From the human T2T-CHM13v2.0 reference genome, Homo sapiens, in the NCBI RefSeq assembly GCF_009914755.1, contig NC_060929.1: a stretch of DNA of 64,000 nt, one strand, 5' to 3'. The notes beneath the pieces are model-generated. The model had not been told where the DNA came from. It made no database searches and was given only the letters and a program-made list of their open reading frames with translations. The position numbers and the translations under genes are program-made. Below are positions 31,265 to 46,538 of this stretch, piece by piece. Position 1 is the first letter of the stretch, and every line of letters begins with the position of its first letter.

Positions 31265-34062
31265 TGTTGACCAAAGTGACAAACGAAAGCAGGAGTCTTA
31301 ATCAAAGGGGTTATTATGCCAAGCTTGAGGATGTGCACCCAGGAATAACATGAGCTTTCCAGATATGTGTCCTCAAGCTCAGCATAATAAATTTCACTTG
31401 ATTTAGATACCTACTATGGTTTCTCATTTGGATTGACATTATTGTCATCCCAGATGAGACCCCTGAGTGGGGTCTAGCTTTCCTGAAACACAGTAAATCT
31501 CTGCTCAGTGCTCAGTACCAACTGAGAGACTTTCTTCATTTGATTACGCTGTATAACCTACCACGGATCAAGGGCTTCTGCTTGCTAAGGTCTCCATCTC
31601 CCAATCTTTGGTTTAGATCTCAAAATTTGATTGCCATGAATACCCCATGGAAATTTGTTGGCTTCCAATAAAGAGAGACAGTCTCCCACTTCTATGAGGA
31701 CAGACAGCAATCTTCAGCTCATTAACTTCATCTCTAAGTCAGGAGTTGGGTTGGAGTATTATCTTAAGTTTGTTTGCTGAATTTTTGCCAGTCCTGTTGG
31801 AGTATTATCTTAAGTTTGTTTGCTGAATTTTTGCCAGTCCTAACTTCTTTTTCTTCTGCAATTGCTTTTTCTTGTTTGGTTGCTTGGTTTTGGTTTTCCT
31901 TCTTCTGGATTTGACCAACTTTTAATGACCTATAGTGTATGAATGTGGAATTTCCACTCCAAAGACAAAAGAGAACTTACTTCCAGGGCATTCTCAGGCA
32001 GTGGATAATCTCATGAGGGTGTCTGAGAGGAAGCTCCTGCAATGTGTAGTAGTCCTAGCCAGATTCCATTCTTGGAAGAACAGATGAGTCTGTTTTCCAT
32101 TATTTTATCTACTTTGCTAAAACACTAGGACAATATTGCAGAATGTCAGCAGATAACTATTAAAAAAACAAAAATCACACATTATTAAATTCAAATTTCC
32201 AAAATGGTTTCTGTGATAAATTAGGCATTCTTGTCAAACGTCATATGACTAAGTGAGCTATGACCAAAACTAGTGACCTGGACTACTTAGCTGACCTGTT
32301 GTCCTGTATAATGGTATGAAAGGAAAAGCAAAAGACTGCTGAAGTTATGAAGCAAAAGACAGCTGTTACAATTGCAACAGCTGACCTCTTGAAACTTCCA
32401 GGCCAATAAGAAAATTAGGTCCACTGGCCCTGGGAGTTTTCTCCTGCAAGAAACCAGGGCATTTTGAAATAAACTGCAAGAAACTGAAAAGGAAACAGGT
32501 TGATAAGCTCAAATTAAACTAGGGCTTCTCTGAGGAAATAAGTGGTTTTCATGTCTCCCAATACTCTGCTTTAACCACTTTGGAGAAATTAACAAAATAA
32601 CAAATAATAACTCTCATCAGCCCTTATAGTCAAGGGAACTATTCTATCAGTTATAAATCCCACCTTATCTGAAAAGCCTGTTCCTCAGAATAATCAAAGG
32701 TTAATACGGTGGGTCCACCTAATAAACCTATTCTTTGCTTTAAATCGAAAACTTTGCCCTACTGGTCCATTGAGTCTGGCCTTCCTCCTACGGGCTATGA
32801 ATGTGATACCCTCAGCTAATCCCATGTATTCCTGATATGCCCCAAAAGCCCCAGTTAACCTTCTGGGTCAATATTTCCTCATTATCCATAATACTCACGT
32901 CTATTTTTCCCCAAAGGGGAAAATATTTTTAGAACTCAAACAATGGGATTGGGGGAAGCAAAGAAGAAATATCACCCTGATAATATGCCACATGTTGGCA
33001 TTAGTGGCATAAGATGCCCTCATGTGATTGGGAAAATAAATGGAAAAACAATAATGCAATAAAGAGAAGGAGAGTATAAGAATCCTTTTAAGCTGTCTAT
33101 TTTTTCTGTTAACCCCAAATATTGAACAGTTAGTTGAAGCTGCTCCTTCCTGGGTATGATCTACCCCAATTGTGAAGATAACCCACTCTGCCATTTTAAT
33201 ACCTTAAAATGAAAAGAAAGCTACCAGGAAGTTATCAAGATACGTGGCGGCATACACGTCTGAGATATTGTTCTCAGACATGGGGAATATGCTAATAGAG
33301 ATATGATAAAAAAAATCTGTCAGCCACAATAGGACAGATCGCTTAAGATACTCCAAAGAGCATTGCAGTACAACAAATGTCTCTGAATTCCTTGGATCAA
33401 ATAGCGCTGAATAAAAGAATTGCTGTAGACTTTCTCCTAACCAAACCAGCAAGTATCTGTGCAGTAGATCACACCACCAGCTTCACTCACATCACCATTT
33501 CAGGTGAACTAGAGACTTATATTGAAATAATTACCAAGTGAGCTAAGTGCTTACAAGAGGTACAAAATATTCAACTTCTTAATGTGCTCTACTCTTGTCT
33601 TTCTATGAAAGTGGAAAATTTCTTTTAGTCTGCAACTCAAACCTTTGTTATAATCATAGCCTGTATCCCACTTATCTGATTATCAATGAAATCGCTTATG
33701 TTATAAATAACCAACTGCTATATGTCATCTACTAAAACCAAAATTATGGTCGCACAGAGTACAGAATAGATAGATAGACTGAACCCATTAGCCTAGCTGC
33801 AGTTTCATTTTATACTTCTAGAAAGCCCAATTTGTCTCGGGCCTAGATTAATCTCATTATCATTCACCTTTTTGCCTCCAACATGAGACATGACTTTCCG
33901 GGAATGAGCCTTTTCAGAACCAAGGGCCAAAAAGGACTTTTAAGTGTGATCATCTATGTTCTTTAAAGAGAAATCTCAGTCTAAAGGAGAAAATATGAAA
34001 ATAAGTGAACAGAAAAACTGATCAGCACAGGCCCCTTCTAAATTTCTGTTCTGACCCAGGAA
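31265..34062 (+). mobile_element. Internally deleted ERV1 provirus (MER4-group-like): partial 5'LTR, gag, pro remnant, env TM, PPT, partial 3'LTR
   Basis: LTR end ..GGATTGACA at ~31437; Gag knuckle CKKPGHFEINC (32445-32477); protease VNLLG (~32855); env TM SLNSLDQIALNKRIAVDFLL..ICAV (33380-33466); purine tract AAAGGAGAAAA then TGAAAATA at ~33983-34003. Confidence 0.8.
31750..31841. repeat. Perfect 46-bp tandem duplication (2 copies)
   Basis: GTTGGAGTATTATCTTAAGTTTGTTTGCTGAATTTTTGCCAGTCCT at 31750-31795 and 31796-31841. Confidence 0.97.
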
Positions 34063-34064
34063 TG

Positions 34065-34300
34065 TGTGTTCATGTTAAAACCCATAGAATATATAACACC
34101 AAAAGTAAACCCAAATGCAAGCTATGAACTTAGGATAATAATGATATGTCAGTGTAGGTTCACTGACTATAAAAATGTACTACTCAGGTGCAGGATATTG
34201 ACAGTGGGGGAGGCTGTACATGTGTGGAGGCAAGAAGTATATGATAACTTTCTGTATTTTTGCATAATTTTGGTGTAAACATAAAATACTCTAAAAATAA
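34065..34300 (+). mobile_element. L1MC 3' end
   Basis: AAAACCCATAGAATATATAACACC..GATATGTCAGTGTAGGTTCA..TAAAAATAAA. Confidence 0.75.
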
Positions 34301-34439
34301 AGGTATTATATATAATATATATAACAATATATACAATATATAAAATATATATAACTTAATAATATATACAATATATAAAATATATATAATATAACCCACA
34401 AACATACTTGTGTGTGTGTGCATGTGTGTGTGTGGATCT

Positions 34440-35512
34440 GTGTGTATACACCATTTTATGTATCCATTCATGTATGCATGGACACTTAGGTGGATCCCAT
34501 ATCTTGGCTATTGTGAATAATGGTGCAGTGAACATGGAAATGCAGATTATCTTTTCAGCATACTCATTTTATTTCCTCTGGATTCATATCCAATAGTAGA
34601 ATTCCTGGATTATATGGTAGCTACATTTTTAAGTTTTTGAGGAACACCCATACTATTTTTCATAATGGCTGTATTAATTTACATTCCCATGAATAGTGCT
34701 CAAGCTTTCTCTTTCCTCCACATCCTCACCAAGACATGTTTTCTTTCATGTTTTGGCTGATAGCCATTCTAACAGGTGTGAAATGATATCTCATTGTGGT
34801 TTTAATTTGCATTTTTCTGATTAGTGGTTTGAAGCATTGGTTTATACACTCATTGGCCATTTGTATATCTTCTTTAGAGGAATTTCTATTCAGGTGCTTT
34901 GAGAAATTTGTAATGGGGTTATTTGTTTTCTTAGCATCAAGTTGCTTGGGTTCCTTATATATTTTGGATATTAACCCCTTATCAGATACATGGTTTGCAA
35001 ATATTTTTTTCTTATTCCATAGGGTGTACCTTCACTTTGTTAATTATCAAAAAATGACAATTCTGTAATTTGCAAAAAAATGAATGAACTTGAAGGATAT
35101 TATGTTAAGTGAAATCAACCAGGCACAGAAAGACAACTACTGCATGGTCTTATGTATATGTGGAATATCAAAAGGTGAACTTACAGACATAGAAAGTAAA
35201 ATGGTGGTTACTGGGAGCTGGGACAAAGGGAGGAGTGGTGAGATTTTGGTTAAAGAATACGAGATTTTACTTAGAGTAATAAGTTGAGAAGATCTATTTA
35301 CAACATGGCGACTACAACTAATAACAATGTATTGCATTCTCAAAAATTACCAATAGAGTAGATTTTAAGTATTTTCACCATTAAAAAATGTTTGAAGTAA
35401 GGAATGTGTTAATTAACTCTAGTTATTTCACAATGTATACATATTTTGAAATATGTATTACACAATAAATATGTGTAATTATTTGTCTATTAAGATTTAA
35501 TTAAAAATAAAA
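34440..35512 (+). mobile_element. L1MA with inverted 5' part (minus ~34440-35045, plus ~35048-35512)
   Basis: Antisense late-ORF2 sequence followed by sense ORF2 end and 3'UTR (ATGAACTTGAAGGATATTATGTTAAGTGAAATCAACCAGGCACAGAAAGAC) and an A-rich tail. Confidence 0.8.
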
Positions 35513-36411
35513 TGCAAAACAATATATTTATTATAGTACTTCAAAAATAGAATATTTAGATACAAATCTACAAACATTTGTGCATAATCTGTATATTGAG
35601 AACTACAAAACATTAAGGTAAAATATCAATGCAAATCTAAGTAAATGGAGAGACATGGCATACTTGTAGATAGGAAGACTCCATATTTTTAAGATGTTCC
35701 CAATTGCATCTATAAATTCCATGCAGTACAAATATAAACCCCAGCAAGCTCTTTTTGTATCACCATTTACAACAAGTGGATTCTAAAATGTATACGGAAA
35801 GGCAAAGAAACTAGAATTTCCAAAACTATTCTGAAAAAGTTTACCATAAAGTTGCATTAGACAGATTGCTGCATTAGCTAAAGAATAGACATATTAGTTG
35901 ATAGGAACAAAATAGCCCAGAAAAAGAACACAGGAATATACTGAACTAATACTTGAAAAAAAGTATAAGGAAAATTCAAGGAAGACAAATAGTATTTGCA
36001 ATATATGTACTAGAACAATTGGATATCCATGTGTTGAAAACAAAAATAACTTGACTATACACCTCATACCTTACACAAAAATCAGCTGAAATGAATCATA
36101 GTTCTCAATGTATAAATTAAAACTATAAAACTTCTAGAACAAAACAATGAATAAAATCTGTATGGCTTTGGCAACATACGACACTAACATCATGCTTCAT
36201 AAAAGAAAAATTGAATAAATTGGATTTTATTAGAATAAAAACCTTTGTTATTTAAACAACATTAAGGGAATAAAAAGGCAAGCCACAAAACAGAAGAAAA
36301 TATGTGTTTTTCATATATTTGGAAAAAGACATATCTAGGATATACAAACATTACTAAAAACTCAACAAAATTTAACTGCTTATTTTAACTCTGTTTAAAA
36401 TGAACAGAACA

Positions 36412-36742
<331 letters not shown>

Positions 36743-36884
36743 TCATTTCACCATATGAGATATTCAGATGACAAATAATCATGTTAAAATATGCTCAACA
36801 CATTAGCCATTGGGGAAATGCGAGATAGATATAGAAAGAAAAGCTACTGCATATCCATTAGAGTGACCATACAAAAAAAATGAT

Positions 36885-36948
36885 TTATTGGTCAGAATTC
36901 TTCAGAGAAAAAGAACCAACAGAATGGGTAGATGAATGATAGATAGGT

Positions 36949-36998
<50 letters not shown>

Positions 36999-37490
36999 AA
37001 CACAAGAGGGGATATATTAAGAGATTTGGCTCATGCAACTATGGCAGCTTTGAAGTCCCACAACAGGCCATCTGAAAGCTGGAGGCCCTGTGATGTCAGT
37101 AGCATGGTTCAGTCCAAGCCTGAAGGCATCAGAACCAGAGGAGTTGAAGGTGTAACTCTAAGACTGAGGCCCAATGCTGCTAGTGTAAGTCCTGAAGTCA
37201 AAAAGGTGGAGAGCATGGAGTTCTAATGTCTAAGGGTATGAGAAAAACTATGTCTTCGCTCCAGGAAAGAGAGAGAAAATTGCTTTTCTCTGCCTTTTTT
37301 GTTCTATAAGGGCCCATAGCTGATTGAGTGATGTCCTCTCACATTGAGAGCAGATCTTCTCACTCTCTCTACCCACTCACACAAATCTCCTCTGGAAACA
37401 CCCTCACAGACACATGAAGAATTAATGCTTTACCAGTTCTCTGGATATTTCTTAATCCAGTCAAGTTGATACCTAAAATGAGTCATCCCA
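36885..37490 (-). mobile_element. MLT2 LTR with (GATA)n STR (~36949-36996)
   Basis: CAGAGAAAAAGAACCAACAG..TTGGCTCATGCAACTATGG..GGAAACACCCTCACAGACAC..CCAGTCAAGTTGATACCTAAAAT. Confidence 0.87.
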
Positions 37491-37739
37491 GATGACAACA
37501 TGAAATGAATTGCAGAGTAAAAGAAACTCACCCATTTCTTAGGGAAATTAAGTTTCCACTTTAGAAAACAGTGTTATACTTTCTTACAAAGGTAAACAGA
37601 CAGCGTCCACACTTTTAAATACTTACCAAAATCAGTTGAAAACATATTTACAACCAAACCTGTAATAAATATGTATAACAGTTGTATTCATAATAACCCA
37701 AAATAGAGTATAACAAAGAGGCACATTCTCATGACTACA

Positions 37740-37960
37740 ACATAGCCAGACCATATCTCTACACAAAAATTTTAAAATATTAGTAGAGTATGTTGGTCCA
37801 TGCCTGTAGTTCCAGCTATTTTGGAGGTTGAAGCAGTGAAGCGAGAGGATTCCTTGAGCCCAGGAGTTCGAGGCTGCATTGAGCTATAATTGCATGACTA
37901 CACTCCAGCCTGAGTGAAGGAGCTAGACACTGTCTAAAAAAATTAAAAATTAATTAATTA
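37740..37960 (+). mobile_element. Old Alu fragment (AluJ right arm/FRAM-like)
   Basis: TGCCTGTAGTTCCAGCTATT..TTGAGCCCAGGAGTTCGAGGCTGCA..CACTCCAGCCTG. Confidence 0.8.
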
Positions 37961-39669
37961 ATCAGGATAGCAGATCCCAGAATGGATTGCAGATGGTGCC
38001 AACTAATTATAACTCTCTTAGAAATGTATGATATCAACCTCATGGAAAGAGGTGGGGAAAAGAAAATGATTGTAGTAGCATTGTAAACAGTGTTTTGACT
38101 GGATTTTTAAAGGCTAAAGCCAGAGGGACAGTATATAAATACTGTCATGTAGATGAAACTGTGTTTCTCACTGTGTAATGGTATAGCTATTCTAAAACTT
38201 CTGTACGTGTACACTAGGCTTGAACAAAACAGCCAACATTGTCTACATTGTAGACAATGAGAGTCAGAGTCTTCACTGCTAGAGAAAAAAGTTATAATTA
38301 AGTAAGGAGGGGAAGGGCTAGAATGAGATCTTTGCTGCAAAATTAGAGAAATGATCACATACATGTATACACACACACACACTCATACAAATAGAAATGG
38401 AAATAAACTCAGATACGCATATATACGTAGGTAAGTAGACATAAAATATGCTTTCTAGTTTGGACAACTGATAGGTTCTTGAAATAGTGACACTTAGTAA
38501 CAGTCAGCAATGTAGCATCCAGATCAGTTCTTAAATACCATTTTCCAATGAAAGAAACCATGTTTCCCTAAAAAATAGCTGAATCTAAGACTGTGGCAAG
38601 ATAAATATAAATTTAGTTTGAAACATATTATAGTGACAGATAGAAAAATGTTCTCTAACAAACAATGAAATAAATAATAAAAAATTAATAAGATGCAAAG
38701 AAAAAAATGAGAGCTGGTGAAAGAAACAGTCACCAACCAGAATGAGCTACCAATAGCCAAAGTTGGAACAATCCAATCAAAAAAATAAATAGCAATATTG
38801 TTGGATTATAGCCCCCAAAATAAAATATATCTGCAAGTCCATACTGATATAAATAAATGATTGTATTAATAACTTATGGGGAAAATTGTTTTTCTTTACA
38901 GTAAATATTTGATGAAAAAAATTTAAAATTGACAGTACACCAGAGTCATAATTGCTGCTGGCATAATACGTGAATAGTCCAAAAGTTGGAGAATCTTTAG
39001 GGAAAAACAACATATTTTCATAGTCTCAAAATATATTTTTCAAGGTGTTTTTTAATTGTCATTGTTGTTTTGACATACATCAACAAATTCTTTGATACTG
39101 GTTTCACCAGGATAATCCACACTTTTGAAGAGCACTGAACTTTGTCACTTGTTTTTAATAAGTAGAAAGGTAAAAATAGTAACTCTGCAGTGGAGAAATC
39201 TGACAGCGATCACTTTAACCAAGTGTTGAAGATAACGTAACCAATAATGCTATGTTGACACCATGTAACCTCTGATATGATGCAATGAGAAGGGAGGTAA
39301 TCTTTGTGGTATTCTTCCCAAAAAGCCATACCTCCCTGAAACACTTACTGAGTGTTATTCAGAAGTGTCAAGGTGTGAACAAAGAAAAAATCTCAAGAAA
39401 TTGTAATATATTGGAAAAGACTACGGAAACATGATGGCGAAAAGTGATGTCTTCTCAACTGAACCTAAGAGCTATATATATGTATAAAAATTGGTAAAAT
39501 CAAAATTGTGGGAGTTTTATGTAGAGTACGTGAAAAATAATGTATTTTTTGGTAACTGTACCATCACTGTATAAGCTGTGAGAAAGGCATTTGGGAACAC
39601 TCTTAGCTATTTATTCAACTATTCTCTAAATCTAAAATTATCTCAATAAACACATTTTTAAAATAAAAT

Positions 39670-40490
39670 TATTGTGTTCTCTCTCCTTCCTCTCAGTCTT
39701 GCCAGCATTTGTTATTTTTTGAACTCTTTTTGATAATAGCTATTTTAACTCAGTTAAGGTGTTATATCATTGTGTTATTGATTTGTATTTTCCTAATGAG
39801 GAGTGATGTTGAGCATTTTTATATACCTGCTGGTTATTTTTATGTTTCCTTTTGAGAAATATCTAATTAAATCTTTGCTCACTTTTTGATGGGATTTTTT
39901 GTTTATTGATTGAATGACAGAAGGATGAAATTAGACTATCACTGTATACAAAATTCAACTCAAAATGAATTAAGGCTTTAAATGTAAGACCTGAAATGAT
40001 AAAACTACTAGAAGAAAACTTGAGAGAAACACTTGATGACATGGCTCTGGGTAAATATTTTTTGGGATAAGACCTCAAAAGCCCAGGCAACAAGAGCAAT
40101 AATAGACAAATGGTATTATGTCAAACTATAACCCTTCTGCATATCAAAGAAAATAATTAACAGAGTGAAGAGACAACCTTCAGAATGGCAGAAAAATATC
40201 ACAGATTATAATGTATCTGCCAAAGGTTAATATCCATAATATATAGGAACTCAATAGCAAAAAACCCCAAAATGAAAAATGAATAATTTTATTTTAAAAA
40301 TTAGCAAAACCACTAAATAGACATTTATCAAAAGAAGATATACAAGTGCCCAAAAGTTATATGTAAAAATGCTCAAAATTACTGATCATCAAATTAGTGT
40401 AAATCAAAACCACAATGAGATATCACCTCACATCTGTAATTATGACTGTTACAAAAAAGACTAACAGTAACAAATGCTGGAGTGAATGTG
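39670..40490. mobile_element. Two L1MA/L1PB pieces in opposite orientation (minus ~39670-39910, plus ~39935-40490)
   Basis: Late-ORF2 motifs on both strands. Confidence 0.75.
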
Positions 40491-40699
40491 TTGGGCAGCA
40501 GTGACCTGGCTCTAATACTCCTGCAAAGCTCAGTAATTCACTAGCTGGGAGTATTCTGGAGGAAGTGTGGCCTCAGTATGAATGTCTCAATGAATGCAAA
40601 GTGTGACAGATAAAAACACAAAGTCACCTTTCCTATGCTGTTGCAGATTGTCTTAAAGAGAGAACTAAGTGTTATACATCATCAGGTCATGGTCTTCCT

Positions 40700-42347
40700 C
40701 TGAGAAAAAGTGAACACTATTTCTATTATGAACAACGAAATGGAGGGATAATGTGTTCCGGTTCACAGGACTCTAGGGAAATGTCTAATTGATCACAGCA
40801 CCCCTACCAGGGGGGCTTCTAGACCTCTATATGCAGAAAAATGATGGTGAGGGGAATCTGATTAAATGCACCATGGAGATTCATAGTCTTTTACTCAGTT
40901 TTTAGATATAAGCCAACTTTTAAATCTATTATCTTCATGATTGAGAACAATTCCTTCTGAGAAACGACCCTGTAGTTTGGTTAAAAATATACTCAAAAGC
41001 TTCCTTCAAGCCTTTTCCAGAAAAACTCTACAGCCATTTTTCCAGCACTATGCATTGAGGAAAAGGAGATTCACAGATCACCTGAGAGTATTTGATTACT
41101 GGTTCTCACTTCTGCATATCTCTGAAACTTTAATTGAATGCCATAAACCCCAAACTATTCCTATATATATTTTCCTGGTACTAGAATGTATAGCAGTAAT
41201 TAACTCACAATTCCAGTGCTTGCTTCCAGTCATTAGTTCCCACATTATTTTACTAAACAGAAAACTAGGCATTCTTACACTAAGACAAGGCAAGTGGAAG
41301 CCAGGGGAAATACTCAACCACTCACTGGCCAGAACCAAACCAAAATAATATCAAATCCAAAGAAGATAAAGAGTATCATTAGTGTCTTGAAAAACACAGG
41401 AGTTGAGATTATATCATATTCCCTTTAATTCACATTTCTGGTGGCAGACACCAGATTCATCAAGTTGTAGGATAACTAGATTGATGTCAATATTGGGTAT
41501 TGATGCTGATGGCAGCTGCTGGTTGTATATGTGATATCTTACTTGAGCAAATAAAGCCAATCACCATAACGTGGTATACAGCAATTTAGTTCAAACTTTT
41601 TTCAATCCTGATGAGTTAAGATAATCAGGAGCAGGGAGAGCAGTATAAATTTGCTCTCCAGTATATCATAGTCTAGAGGAATTTGATTGTCTTAATTTCC
41701 CATAGAACATCACAATAGCCCATCACATTGACAAAATCATGACAGTTAGATATGGAAGATATAAAATAACAAACAATATAGATGTATCAGTAAAATGAAT
41801 GTAGGTCTGAGGATGGGAGCTAAATCCCCCAAATATTGAAGTACCTAGCAATTCTTTTTTTGGATTCTTTGGTCTGATGTGCATTAAATACCTCACTTAA
41901 ATTCATAAACAATTTGCTTCTCCTTGCACAATACTTATGGGCAATATATATGATTTTGGAAGCAACATATGTCATATCTGAGTGTGATGATCAACCTGTT
42001 AATGAATAACTCAAAGTGTTGCTAGTTTTGATGTGGTTTAGACCAAAGAAGTTTTAGCAGCACAGGGCTGACATTCAAGCTTCTCTGTCATTTAAACCTA
42101 AGGCACAATTGACCCTATTATTTCTGAAATAATTTTGGAAGATAGGTATACTGCATTGAGTCTGTGGTAAGGTTAATAGAAAGCAATTCTGACATTATTT
42201 GAAAAGTAGCTTTAGCTTTCAGTGGTCCCTGATAGAGAATTAATATCTGATCAGGAGATACCAAGTGACCATGTAATCCAAATTTCCTTTTAAGTGTTAT
42301 GTGGTACAACAAATTACACATTTCACACATATAGCAGCATACCCTTC

Positions 42348-42384
<37 letters not shown>

Positions 42385-43800
42385 TTGAGACGGAGTCTTG
42401 CTCTGTCGCCCAGGCTGGACTGCAGTGGCACGATCTCAGATCTCAGCTCACTGCAAGCTCCGCCTCCCGGGTTCACACCATTCTCCTGCCTCAGCCTCCC
42501 AAGTAGCTGGGACTACAGGCGCCCGCCACCACGCCCAGCTAATTGTTTGTATTTTTAGTAGAGACGGGGTTTCACCGTGTTAGCCAGGATGGTCTCAATC
42601 TCCTGACCTCGTGATCCACCTGCCTCGGCCTCCCAAAGTGCTGGGATTACAGGTGTGAGCAACCGCGCCCAGCCGCAGCACACCCTTCTTAAATGAATAT
42701 GGTATGTATTCGTTCAGGCTTAAGCTCATGTGGAACACATACATCTATTACCTTAAAATTGGCTCATATTCCCATGATATATGTTTATCCTGCCTCACCA
42801 CCTTTCTCTCAACTCACAACTTTCATACAATGAAAGTAATATATCACCAGATTAAAGGAGGAAAAAGTGCAAGTGTGACTCAGGTGATCCTGCATGGGAT
42901 TCTGGCCACAGCTGTTAATAGATCATCACTGCACTAAAGCCTCTCTTAGAGACAAACCTAAAGTACAATGGTGAAGAGAAGTCTTCCTAACTGGAATAAC
43001 TTGGGTAATGCTTAGGATTCTCTGTTTTGTGTAAATGTTGACATAACCTGAATTGTAAGTTAATTCATGGGTAATGGCTAATGCATTGGTCAAATGATCA
43101 AAAACTTTGGAATGTTGTGATTAGAAGGTTGAAGCAAGACAGTCTGTCAGAGAGATATGTGAATGAGTCTATCAGGAAGGGCACAGAACGTGATGTCTGT
43201 AGCATGCATTAATGACCTTCACAAGATATTCACGGCAGAGAATACTATCAATCCATGTATAAGAAAATTTGTCTTTTGAATTTCAGTAAACTTCTCTTCC
43301 AAGTCACACTAATGTTTGCTCAATGGGTCTATGTACAAAACTTCTGTGACGGAAGGATGGACTATGCATAGTTTTATGTGGTGGACTTCCCTTCACAAAA
43401 GCAGATCCACCAAAGCTATTTATTGTCCAACCTTCCAACACCAAAGCCTAAAACTATAATCCAAGACACCATGGTCTTTCATTAGTGGTCAGTTTCTTGG
43501 TAAAAGGTTGATTACACTGATTCTTACTATCGTGGAGAGGACAGCCATGAGTTCTATGAACTGTATTGGCAGTAACCAGGTACGACAAACCTAAACCACT
43601 ATGTCTTGGGACCACCAAGACATGAATCCTGTGGGAATCAAAATTATGTAATTGTCCCAGCCAAGCTAATAACAATGGATAAGGGGACTCAGAATGGTGG
43701 TATAAAAAGGAAGGGTATTAACATCAACTTAGGGAGTATTATCAGCTACAGAAATAAGAACTGAAGCACCTACATTTTATGAGTATTGTCTCTTTATTTG
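40700..43800 (+). mobile_element. Second degenerate ERVL-class internal sequence (gag end-pro-pol)
   Basis: Decayed protease DTG region (~41090), PFNS-like RT start (41420), AAA..LLEQI (41510-41555) and CATCACATTGACAAAATCATG, resembling HYIDDIM (41721-41741); integrase-like remnants to ~43700. Confidence 0.7.
42350..42674 (-). mobile_element. AluY with 7-bp internal duplication (GATCTCA x2)
   Basis: AluY diagnostics; TSD GCAGCA(T/C)ACCCTTCTT at 42334-42349 and 42675-42690. Confidence 0.95.
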
Positions 43801-44930
43801 ATGTTTATATGATGAAGGCTGGTGGATGCTAATATTTATCTAAAGGTTTCAAGTTTTACTACTGAATTGATATGGCCTGTGGCAATATAATAGTTACTGA
43901 AAGTTTGTCCTGCATTGAACGTATGTTCCTGATTATGTCATCATTCTCTCTCCCCCAAAAGAAATTATTTCTCCTCCACAGTACTTTATGACTATATTCT
44001 GTCACAGTATTTCAGATAAATTTGTGAAAATGTCTAACTGCTTTGCTAACATATAAAATTATTAAGAACAGATATTTCTTACTCTAAAATGGTATTCACC
44101 TACAACACTCATCATAGTGCTTTGAGCAGTTTCACCTTTAATAAAGTTTTAATAAAGTTTTTATTTGTGGTCATCTCATTTCTAAATAAAACTGTCATAA
44201 ATAGAAAAGGTCCAGAGAAGGACAATGAAAAGGATTGTAATCATGGGTAATACTACAGGAGGGTGCTCTGAATGAGGGGGAGATTAAAAAGACTAGACTG
44301 AATTGCTCTAAAGAAATGAAAGGGAAAAGGTGATAAAATGCAGGCATATTAAGTCAAGAAGTGAATAAAATAGATGCACAGAAATTTTACTTTTCCACCC
44401 TTCCTTACAATTCAAGGACAGTGGATAAAATCAGAGTGCTTAAAATATAAAAATAAAGGTCCTCCTTGGAATAAATTGTCAAAAAATAGTTTCAGTGTTT
44501 CTGTCTGGTCCATTGCTAATTGGAAAACTAAATCAATTCTATGCTTCCATTTTCCAATATTTATTTGTATAAAAGAATGTTAAATATTGAAAGAACTTTA
44601 GATATTATTGTATTCTGAAAGTTTTCCATTTAAAAAGAGAAAATTCATGCTCAGACAGCTTTGTTACCCATATGCTTTCATAACTCTAATTAGTTGGAGT
44701 CCTCTTTCCAGTGTTCTTATGTCAGAGGTCTTTTTAGTACTCTATGGATAGCCTCACAGTAGTCATTATACATTGTAATTCACGTAGTTAACGTACATGT
44801 ATATATAAATATATGCATACACTATTAGTATGCATGGTATATTCTATATCCACGCAAATATATTAGATAAAACAAAAATTTAACATGGGCTTAGGTTTAT
44901 ATTTTAACACTTTTTACTACTTATCTTTTT

Positions 44931-46538
<1,608 letters not shown>

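Noticed and set aside
31750-31841. Direct repeats as a CRISPR-like array
   Set aside because: Only two abutting copies with no spacer, in a eukaryotic context; I saw no regularly spaced repeat array anywhere in the window.
33362-33541. Env immunosuppressive domain as a syncytin-like captured gene
   Set aside because: Short open stretch ending in TGA, CX6CC motif lost, and no SU or signal peptide.
39670-40490. A third twin-primed L1
   Set aside because: The two arms cover overlapping parts of L1 rather than adjacent ones and I found no TSD; they are more likely separate fragments.
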